Source: an uncultured virus (IMG/VR IMGVR_UViG_3300044630_006741) (taxonomy: Duplodnaviria > Heunggongvirae > Uroviricota > Caudoviricetes). From it: 20,000 nucleotides of DNA. The first letter of the stretch is position 1, and every line of letters starts with the position of its first letter. The DNA lies in IMG/VR virus record IMGVR_UViG_3300044630_006741. One strand, written 5' to 3'. Under the pieces are notes generated by a model. It ran no database searches, had not been told where the DNA came from, and saw nothing but the letters and a program-made list of their open reading frames with translations. The position numbers were made by a program, and so were the translations under genes. Shown piece by piece: positions 1 to 7,584 of the stretch.

Positions 1-2
1 TG

Positions 3-506
3 GGGATTAAAAGATTTATTCCGAAAGAGGTTAGAATAATCGAAGAATCACTAGTTGGTCTTTCCGATGATATGATTCTATGGACCAAATGCGATATGAT
101 AGCTCATTGCTTAGATGTTAAATGGTCATCCGGAGCAACAATAGATAGCATAGGATTAGCAGATGGAGCATTAGATTTAATAGGATCATCAGACTCCAAT
201 CTATCACTGGTGAATGCTGGTATAATTGCTGGGAGAGCAATAGAAATTACCCCGACGACGATACTGCATTCCTTATCATATCCACTTACAGGTTTTTATA
301 ATATATCTCACGGAAAAGCTCTGTCATATCTTATACCAAAATTAGCAAACCATCTGAATCAAAAAATACCTAATATCAAATATGTTGAGTATATTGGAGA
401 AATAGATTGGGATTTGGTTGTAGATAAGGCTTATGAGTATGATAAAATTTCTAATGTAAACTTCAATATCAATAAAGAAGATTTGATAAAAATATTAAGC
501 CGATGA
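3..506 (+). CDS. Iron-containing alcohol dehydrogenase family protein (phosphonoacetaldehyde reductase-like), 5'-partial
   Basis: The frame is open from nt 3 (GIKRFIPKEVRIIEESLVGLSDDMILW...), so the ATG at 72 is internal. Fe-ADH metal-ligand pattern D-x3-H (CDMIAHCLD), then TTILHSLSYPLT and ISHG. Confidence 0.75.
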   Translation, partial: GIKRFIPKEVRIIEESLVGLSDDMILWTKCDMIAHCLDVKWSSGATIDSIGLADGALDLIGSSDSNLSLVNAGIIAGRAIEITPTTILHSLSYPLTGFYNISHGKALSYLIPKLANHLNQKIPNIKYVEYIGEIDWDLVVDKAYEYDKISNVNFNINKEDLIKILSR

Positions 507-544
507 AAATAGCAATTTATTGGAATAATTTAGGATCAACGTAG
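503..544 (+). pseudogene. Possible 13-codon gene remnant (MKIAIYWNNLGST*)
   Basis: The ATG overlaps the Fe-ADH stop in an ATGA coupling arrangement. MKIAI is a typical Rossmann/glycosyltransferase first strand. TAG at 542-544. Confidence 0.3.
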
Positions 545-585
545 TACAAGTACTAACGGAAAGTTACTAATTTTTTAAATGACGT

Positions 586-1272
586 ATGAATATTTGCATA
601 AATTTAATAGCTACAGGTAAATACGTAGATTTTTTAGACGGGATAATAGAAAGCTCCGAGAAAAATTTTTTTCCTAATGATTCAGTTTATTATATTATCC
701 ACACAGATTGCACGGACCGGGTATTTCCAAAAAATTCAATAATTAATAGAATAGATTTTGAGGAGTGGCCAAATCCAACTCTTAAAAGATTCCATTATTT
801 TTTAATGGCTGAGGATGATATATTGAAGTCCGATTTTTCTTTTTATGTTGATGTAGATAGTTTATTTGTTAACCTTATAGATTTTGAATTAGAACCAATA
901 AAGGGTATAATATCAACTTTGCATCCTGGATTTTACGGTACCTCCGGAACTCCGGAAAGAAATCCTAATTCTAAATCATATTTACCAATTGGTTCCCAAA
1001 ATTTATATTTCTGCGGTGGATTTTTTGGAGGTGATTCTGTATCCTTTGTCAAGATGTCAAGGAGGATAAAAGAAAATATAGATGATGATCTAAAGAATGG
1101 TATTATAGCAATATGGCACGACGAATCCCATCTAAATCACTACCTTTTCTACAATCCTCCTGCAAATATATTAGGGAACTATTTCGCTATATCGCAAAAT
1201 CAAATTAACCAGCACCCTGATTCTAGGATAGTTTTTCTAGATAAGAACCACAAACATTTAAGAAAAAAATAA
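586..1272 (+). CDS. Glycosyltransferase family 6 (ABO blood-group-like alpha-1,3-Gal/GalNAc transferase)
   Basis: Motifs IATGKY, YVDVD (DxD), TLHPGFYG, PERNP, YFCGGFFGG and IAIWHDESHLN are diagnostic of GT6. Confidence 0.92.
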   Translation: MNICINLIATGKYVDFLDGIIESSEKNFFPNDSVYYIIHTDCTDRVFPKNSIINRIDFEEWPNPTLKRFHYFLMAEDDILKSDFSFYVDVDSLFVNLIDFELEPIKGIISTLHPGFYGTSGTPERNPNSKSYLPIGSQNLYFCGGFFGGDSVSFVKMSRRIKENIDDDLKNGIIAIWHDESHLNHYLFYNPPANILGNYFAISQNQINQHPDSRIVFLDKNHKHLRKK

Positions 1273-1279
1273 AATAAAA

Positions 1280-2119
1280 ATGATAGATTTAAGAAAATGC
1301 ACGTTCATAATTCCTATAAAGGTAGAACACGAGGATAGACTTAAAAATCTAAGGACAACATTAGGTTATCTTAACCATCACTTTATAACAAATGTAATAC
1401 TCTACGAAATAGAGGATCCCGTTTCTCTGGAAATAAAAAATAAAAATATAGACCTCTATAATCTTAGTTTATTACCCAATCTAAATCTACATCACATTTT
1501 AAAAAAATTAGAATCTATTGATTTTTTTCATAGGACAATGTATCTAAACGAAATGCTAGAAATGGTTGAAACGGAGGTAGTTTGTAACTATGATATAGAT
1601 GTCGTTCTACCGGTTGAATCCTACGTTGAAGCAGTAGATAAAATATCTGGCGGTGAATTGGACGTGGTCTATCCATTTTCATTCGGGGCTAGTCAATTTC
1701 AAGTTTTTCAAAATCTAGACCGAGACGGATTTGAAAAAAATTGGGATCTTTCTGAAATAATATCGCAGGATGAGAAGATAAATCGGTATTATTCTGAATA
1801 TGGTCACTGTATATTTTTTAATACTGGTGTTTATAGAGAGCTAGGTGGTGAAAATGAAAATTTTAAATCATACGGTCCCGAAGATAAAGAAAGAGGAACT
1901 AGGTTCATAAAATTAGATAAAAAAGTAGAATGGCTAAAGGGTGACGTTTTCCATTTTGAGCATTACCGCAGCAACGATAGCTCACCATCAAATCCCAATA
2001 TAGATTTCAACAACTATCTATTTTCGAAATTATCAAATAAAACAAAAGAGGAGCTTTTTGACTATTACGCTAATGTGGAATATAGAAAGAAATATAGCAA
2101 GATGTCCAGTCACAATTAA
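1280..2119 (+). CDS. GT-A fold glycosyltransferase (GT2/GT7 galactosyltransferase-like C-terminal domain)
   Basis: N-terminal TFIIP...DRLKNL, DxD motif (YDID), GGENENFKSYGPED resembling the GT7 GGxxExFxGWGxED motif, and FHFEH. Confidence 0.85.
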   Translation: MIDLRKCTFIIPIKVEHEDRLKNLRTTLGYLNHHFITNVILYEIEDPVSLEIKNKNIDLYNLSLLPNLNLHHILKKLESIDFFHRTMYLNEMLEMVETEVVCNYDIDVVLPVESYVEAVDKISGGELDVVYPFSFGASQFQVFQNLDRDGFEKNWDLSEIISQDEKINRYYSEYGHCIFFNTGVYRELGGENENFKSYGPEDKERGTRFIKLDKKVEWLKGDVFHFEHYRSNDSSPSNPNIDFNNYLFSKLSNKTKEELFDYYANVEYRKKYSKMSSHN

Positions 2120-2131
2120 CTAGATCAAATA

Positions 2132-2866
2132 ATGAAGACAGGCGTTATTTTCTATCATAAAAACTCCAGTATCTTATATGAAAAAAGATGGATTGATAAA
2201 TGCATAGATACTATATTGAATCAATCCTATCCTGATTTTAATATCTATGAACTGAATTATGGCGGAGATGATTTTTCTATATTTTCCGGAATTAATCACA
2301 ATAGGGATTTAAATTTTTACAGCAAAAAATTTGAAAATCATGCGGAGGCAATGAACTTTATAATAGATACTGCCTTTTGTGAAGGATGTGATGTAGTTTT
2401 TAATACTAATGTGGATGACTTCTATTCATTGGATAGGTTTAAGGAGCAATTAGAAATACTATCAAAGGGGTATGATCTAGTTTCCTCTGATTTTTACTAT
2501 GTAAAAGATTTTAACGAGAAAGAGTTGGACGTCGTAACTAATGGTCTTTGTGTTTCTAATGAAGGCTCAATAGAAGATGCATTGGAAAAAAACAATAACG
2601 TGATAGCTCATCCGTGTGTTGCTTTTAGCAAAAAATTCTGGGGTAGCAATAGATACAATCCTGAAGAAATACCGGAGGAGGATCTTCTGCTCTGGAAAAG
2701 AGGAATTGAATCCGGTATGAAATTTTACATAATACCGGAAAAGCTACTTTTTTATAGAATACACCAAAATCAGATATCATCTTCCCCTGTTCTATTGGAG
2801 GAAAAGAAAGTAGATAATTCAAGTAAAAGCGGGGGAAGTGTGTGGTTTAATGATTATAATATTTAA
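2132..2866 (+). CDS. Glycosyltransferase family 2
   Basis: CIDTILNQSY, NVDD (DxD-like), RFKEQ, IAHPCV, EEDLLLW and YRIHQNQIS are typical GT2 motifs. Confidence 0.85.
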   Translation: MKTGVIFYHKNSSILYEKRWIDKCIDTILNQSYPDFNIYELNYGGDDFSIFSGINHNRDLNFYSKKFENHAEAMNFIIDTAFCEGCDVVFNTNVDDFYSLDRFKEQLEILSKGYDLVSSDFYYVKDFNEKELDVVTNGLCVSNEGSIEDALEKNNNVIAHPCVAFSKKFWGSNRYNPEEIPEEDLLLWKRGIESGMKFYIIPEKLLFYRIHQNQISSSPVLLEEKKVDNSSKSGGSVWFNDYNI

Positions 2867-2871
2867 AAACA

Positions 2872-3855
2872 ATGAATAAAAGAGCTCTTATAACGGGTAT
2901 TAACGGACAGGATGGATCTTATCTTGCAGAATTTCTAATCGACAAGGGGTATGATGTATTTGGTACAGTTAAAAGAAATTCAGTAGCAGAGAACCAAACT
3001 GCCAGGCTTGATTCAGTTTATGATAAGATCGGAAAGAATCTAATTTATGCAGATCTTACTGATATGTCTTCCCTGCTGAATGCTTTGAGAATCTCTAACC
3101 CGGATGAGGTTTATAATCTAGCTGCACAGTCTCACGTTAGAATATCTTTTGACCAGCCAATCTATACAGCTAATGCTACAGGTTTAGGAACTCTTAATCT
3201 TCTAGAAGCAGTTAGATCTTTCAATCCAAAGATAAAGATCTACCAAGCATCATCTTCTGAGATGTTTGGTAACTCCATAGACTCCGATGGATTCCAAAGA
3301 GAATCCACGCCTTTGAATCCAGTTTCACCCTATGGCTGTGCAAAAGTTTTCTCCTATAATATCTGCAGAAACTACAGAAACTCGTACGGGATGTATATTT
3401 CAAACGGTATTCTATTCAATCACGAGTCACCCAGAAGAGGAACTAATTTTGTAACCAATAAGGTATGCAAAGAAGCGGTAAAGATCAAATTAGGTCTATC
3501 TAACAAACTAGCTCTTGGAAATCTAGATGCTACAAGAGACTGGGGACACGCTAAAGACTACGTGGAGGCGATGTGGCTCATACTTCAGCAGGAATCTCCG
3601 GAGGACTATGTTTGCTCTACCGGTGTATCGCATTCTGTGGAGGATCTAGTTGAGTATGTGTTTAGTAAACTGGGTCTTGATTGGAAAGGCTATGTGGTAC
3701 AGGATGAAAAATTCCTTCGTCCAGAGGAGCTTGATGATTTAAAAGGAGACAGCAGAAAGCTTCGGTCTTTAACGGGATGGTCCCCTAAATACACATTCGA
3801 AACTATGCTCGACGAGATGATAGAGCATTGGCTAAGTTACTACTCCGGTAAATAG
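2872..3855 (+). CDS. gmd: GDP-mannose 4,6-dehydratase
   Basis: ALITGINGQDGSYLAEFL, YNLAAQSHVRISF, YQASSSEMFG, SPYGCAK (YxxxK), NGILFNHESPRRG and RDWGHAKDYV. Confidence 0.97.
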   Translation: MNKRALITGINGQDGSYLAEFLIDKGYDVFGTVKRNSVAENQTARLDSVYDKIGKNLIYADLTDMSSLLNALRISNPDEVYNLAAQSHVRISFDQPIYTANATGLGTLNLLEAVRSFNPKIKIYQASSSEMFGNSIDSDGFQRESTPLNPVSPYGCAKVFSYNICRNYRNSYGMYISNGILFNHESPRRGTNFVTNKVCKEAVKIKLGLSNKLALGNLDATRDWGHAKDYVEAMWLILQQESPEDYVCSTGVSHSVEDLVEYVFSKLGLDWKGYVVQDEKFLRPEELDDLKGDSRKLRSLTGWSPKYTFETMLDEMIEHWLSYYSGK

Positions 3856-3880
3856 AGACAAAGAGGATTGAAAATGGTTG

Positions 3881-3888
3881 GATATATA
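3881..3888 (+). promoter_or_regulatory. Putative phage late promoter GATATATA
   Basis: Intergenic, 22 nt before the ATG at 3911. The same motif and spacing recur at 6254, 15644 and 17341. Confidence 0.65.
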
Positions 3889-3910
3889 ATATTGCAAAAA
3901 AATCCAATCA

Positions 3911-6238
3911 ATGAGAAAAATAGTCTCCTTTTCACTTTTTAATAAAATATTAGAAGGCGAGCAAACATACGAGGAACTCGTTCCGGAGTTCTCTGAGTAC
4001 AACTCCATACTATCCACATTTCTTAATACCACAACTTCCATTCTTACGAGAACTAAGGGTATTGACAGGGAAGAGTTAGCAAATCTAGTTGATGATATAA
4101 AAACAGTTCCTTTAGCAGGCAAGGCTAATGCACTAACGAAAGTCTTTGACGGCGTCATAAAATACGAAAATCCAGATTTAGATCCCGCTGTAAAGAGTAA
4201 GTTAAATGAGATTCAAGCGGAGATTAAAAAGATAGAGCCTCTCCTATCTGAACTCATTGCACAGGAGGAAGATGTAGAGGTTAAGGAAAAATTACTAGAC
4301 TTTATATCTAAATGGTGCGATAAGAGCAGGGATGTGATTCTAAAACCAGAAGACGTAAAGGAGTCTTTAAGAATTTTCGAATCGATTAAGCTCGATCCTA
4401 GAAACATGTTCAATGTTTTCAGCTCAGATGTTTCTAATCTTTTAACACAGGCCAATGCAGTAAAAACTGACATTGATGCACTCTACAATAATCCAACCAG
4501 TGCTAGATTAAAGAGAAGTATAGATCCCTATAAAAGAAAAATAGATTTGTTAGTAGACGAGCTTCAAACCGGAAATGGGCAGGGCGTAAATTGGTCTATA
4601 CTCAATAGACCGCAGGCAAAAGAAAGAATATCTTTTATTCAAAATGCAATAAGGGATATAGTTAACGACTACACGGAGATAAGCTTCAAGGAAACTGCTT
4701 ATGATGGTAGGATTAAACCTATAATGGCTAAATTAAGCTCCGTAACAGACAGAATAAACGTTCTGTTTTCAGATCTATTAAAAATAGAAAAGGAGATAGA
4801 GGAAGAAAAAGCTATATCTGCATCAACGAAGGAGGCTAATCTTGACTGGAGCATGAAAACCGACTTTAATGAAATAATTGGGCAGAGAAAGGGGAAATGG
4901 TACGTGCCAGGTTCTATAGGAGGGAATTTTACATTACAAGAATCATCAATAAGCTTTGGTCCAGATGATCTTTTAAAAGGGGACACATCCTCTTACAAAT
5001 TAGAAAATAGCAAATGGTATACAGTCAAAGGCGAACTCGTAGATTTCGATTCAAAAGAATGGACTGAAATAACAGACCCTGAGTCTATTAAGATTTTAAA
5101 TAATGCATACGCATACCATCTAATAAAAGTGGTGGAATGGTGTTTAGATAACAAAAAATCATTTTACGACGAGAATGGAAATACCGTAATGACGGATGAG
5201 GAATATAGAAAATGCATACCTGCTTTAGAGGTGGCTAAAAACTTTGATCCTATAGCAGCTTCTAAGAGGGTTAAAGGTAAAGCGGGATATGATGCATTTA
5301 ATTACCAGGACGGAGCGGGATCAGACACACAGGAAACTAATGACGGTGTGTCTGGATCAGACAGATCAGATGGATCCTCTAACAATACCAATCCAGTAAA
5401 AAAGGAGGAGAAGACAGCTACATGGGAAACAATTTCAAAAGAACTACCAGGCTTAACTTTTAGAGTAGGTGATAGCGTAGTTACCAATGATAATGCGGAA
5501 AGAAAATGGCAGAAGGCAGGAAAGGATCTCACCACAACATGGTTTACACCAGGTACTTTCACTACACCGGATAACATAAAGTCAGAAGGATTTGAGATGA
5601 GCGGCTATTGGATAAGACTAGCATCAGGTTATTGGGAGATGTACAAGGGAACGAATAAACCTTCCAACGAAGATAGTAAAATATTAAAAATGAAGATTTT
5701 TCAGAACAAGGATAAAAAAGCTTCCGAGCTTTTTAAAAATATAATTACAAGTTTAAACGGTCAACTAGAAAGAAACCTTAATGATTTAAGGGATTTATCT
5801 AGATACTGGGGTGTTGGTTCCGGTAAAACTAATATCGTTGATAATGCTTGGGGATCTGAAAAGGAAGCAAGAGCTATTATTAAAGGAGGAGGAACAAAGG
5901 ACGAAAGAATAGAGGTTGAGATCTGGCCTGATAAATTAGGCGGAAGTTCCGTATCCGACGACGTCATTCTAAAGGTTTATAAAAACGGAGGGCTGGGAAT
6001 ACAGGACGATGATTATTCCGATAATATCTGGGGTAGCTGGAAGGTTGATGACGACGGCGATAACTTTATAGTAAAATGGGAAATGTATAGTGGCTCCTCC
6101 AATAAAGGATGGAAACCAATTAGCGATTATTCAAGCGGAAGAATAGGCGCAATTACTAAATTTACTGGACCCGTTAGCGGAGGGCTAAAACCAATTTTAG
6201 ATGACGCAATGAGAAGATTCATACAGGTTTTCTATTAA
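3911..6238 (+). CDS. Hypothetical virion (putative internal head) protein, paralog 1
   Basis: 775-aa ORF. N-terminal MRKIVSFSLFNKILE resembles a capsid-targeting sequence. The helical N-half shares a segment with ORF 6284. The C-half is Trp/Gly-rich and beta-like, and includes an acidic Ser/Gly linker. Confidence 0.6.
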   Translation: MRKIVSFSLFNKILEGEQTYEELVPEFSEYNSILSTFLNTTTSILTRTKGIDREELANLVDDIKTVPLAGKANALTKVFDGVIKYENPDLDPAVKSKLNEIQAEIKKIEPLLSELIAQEEDVEVKEKLLDFISKWCDKSRDVILKPEDVKESLRIFESIKLDPRNMFNVFSSDVSNLLTQANAVKTDIDALYNNPTSARLKRSIDPYKRKIDLLVDELQTGNGQGVNWSILNRPQAKERISFIQNAIRDIVNDYTEISFKETAYDGRIKPIMAKLSSVTDRINVLFSDLLKIEKEIEEEKAISASTKEANLDWSMKTDFNEIIGQRKGKWYVPGSIGGNFTLQESSISFGPDDLLKGDTSSYKLENSKWYTVKGELVDFDSKEWTEITDPESIKILNNAYAYHLIKVVEWCLDNKKSFYDENGNTVMTDEEYRKCIPALEVAKNFDPIAASKRVKGKAGYDAFNYQDGAGSDTQETNDGVSGSDRSDGSSNNTNPVKKEEKTATWETISKELPGLTFRVGDSVVTNDNAERKWQKAGKDLTTTWFTPGTFTTPDNIKSEGFEMSGYWIRLASGYWEMYKGTNKPSNEDSKILKMKIFQNKDKKASELFKNIITSLNGQLERNLNDLRDLSRYWGVGSGKTNIVDNAWGSEKEARAIIKGGGTKDERIEVEIWPDKLGGSSVSDDVILKVYKNGGLGIQDDDYSDNIWGSWKVDDDGDNFIVKWEMYSGSSNKGWKPISDYSSGRIGAITKFTGPVSGGLKPILDDAMRRFIQVFY

Positions 6239-6253
6239 ATGAAATAGAAAAAA

Positions 6254-6261
6254 GATATATA
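6254..6261 (+). promoter_or_regulatory. Putative phage late promoter GATATATA
   Basis: Intergenic, 22 nt before the ATG at 6284. Confidence 0.65.
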
Positions 6262-6283
6262 AGAAAATAAAAAAAACACAACA

Positions 6284-7570
6284 ATGAAACCAATTTTAGA
6301 TTTTAAAACGTTCCAGAGGATATTCGAAGCTGACGAGCCTGCAAAAGAGGGGGTTTCAGCTATTGCTCCTTTGGTGTTAAGCTTATATTTTCAGGCTTAC
6401 GGAGAACTAGCTTCCAAAGTGGAGGGATATAAGGATGTAGTTAAGGATCTTCAAGCCATAATGAAAGCAGAGGTTGATAAAAAACCGGAAGTAATAGAAG
6501 CTATAGCTAAGAAGATAGCAGGACTAGTTAAAGATGCGGAGATAAAGAAAGAATTAGAGGCTTCTATAGTACCAGCTGTTACAGTTTTAGGTGAAGCTTA
6601 TAAAGAGCTCTTAAAGACAGCTAGCGACGAAGATAAGAAGAAAATGCAAGAGGCATTCTCTGATGGTGTTTTGGACTACCAAAACAGTCTTATTCAAGCT
6701 GTTAAATCAGTTAACGAAAACTATTTTATAGAGGGAGATCCTATCGTTGAAAAGAATACCTTCAAGGACGATAGATCTGATTTAATCAGAGACCTCAACA
6801 CTCTAGAAAGCGGAATTAACATGGTTCTTTTAAATCCTCCAACAGAGAGAATAAAAGGAGCAATGTCAGGCCTAGCAGCACAGGTTAAAGAACTTAAAAA
6901 AGAACTTTCCGATGATGCTAAATGGGAAGGAATGAAGAGAAAGGATAGAAAGGACAGAGTGCAAGAAATCCCTCAGTTGATTGCTAAAATAAAAGAGGAT
7001 CAGAATAAAGCTATTTCTGATGAGGTTGTTAAATCCGGGATAGAGAAAACAGTATTAACCAAAATACAGGATGCACAAGCTAAATTAAAAACAGGAACTG
7101 AAAAGATAGGTGGTATAGTTCAGAAGAATATAGAAACCGCAAAAGCAGAGGGGGATAAAAAAACAGCTGATGAAAAAGCTAAGGAAGCGAAAGAATTAGA
7201 GGATTTCAAGAAAGCTAGTCTTAAATTAGACGATTACAAAGAGATCGTAACTGGCAAAAAAGAGGTTGGGAACCTTCAGAAGAAAGGTAAGAATCTTAAA
7301 ACAATTCAGAAGATCCAGGAGTTATTGAATAATTACTTAGAAAAACCAATTAAGGCAGATGGACTTTACGGCGAAGGCACTGAAAAAGCTATCGCGGAGG
7401 TATCTAAAGCACTATCTCTAATTGAGCCAGAAGTAAAAAGCGACGGTAAAGTAATGTCACCTCTTTTGCAAGCTATGCTTATGAAAATCGAAGAGAAAGG
7501 TGGAAAGGAAAAAGTTAAACAAGCATTCGATAAGGTTTCTAAAGAAGGTGCCGATACGGAAAAAAAGTAA
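6284..7570 (+). CDS. Hypothetical virion (putative internal head) protein with C-terminal peptidoglycan-binding-like domain, paralog 2
   Basis: 428 aa, Lys/Glu-rich and helical. N-terminus MKPILDFKTFQRIFE. C-terminal IQKIQELLN...ADGLYGEGTEKAI...SDG matches the PG_binding_1 pattern. Confidence 0.65.
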   Translation: MKPILDFKTFQRIFEADEPAKEGVSAIAPLVLSLYFQAYGELASKVEGYKDVVKDLQAIMKAEVDKKPEVIEAIAKKIAGLVKDAEIKKELEASIVPAVTVLGEAYKELLKTASDEDKKKMQEAFSDGVLDYQNSLIQAVKSVNENYFIEGDPIVEKNTFKDDRSDLIRDLNTLESGINMVLLNPPTERIKGAMSGLAAQVKELKKELSDDAKWEGMKRKDRKDRVQEIPQLIAKIKEDQNKAISDEVVKSGIEKTVLTKIQDAQAKLKTGTEKIGGIVQKNIETAKAEGDKKTADEKAKEAKELEDFKKASLKLDDYKEIVTGKKEVGNLQKKGKNLKTIQKIQELLNNYLEKPIKADGLYGEGTEKAIAEVSKALSLIEPEVKSDGKVMSPLLQAMLMKIEEKGGKEKVKQAFDKVSKEGADTEKK

Positions 7571-7584
7571 ATTAAAGATATCTA

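Noticed and set aside
7577..7584. GATATCTA before ORF 7585 (and GACATATA at 9473-9480) as further late promoters
   Set aside because: Both mismatch the motif and lack the 22-24 nt spacing to a start codon. ORF 7585 is probably co-transcribed with ORF 6284.
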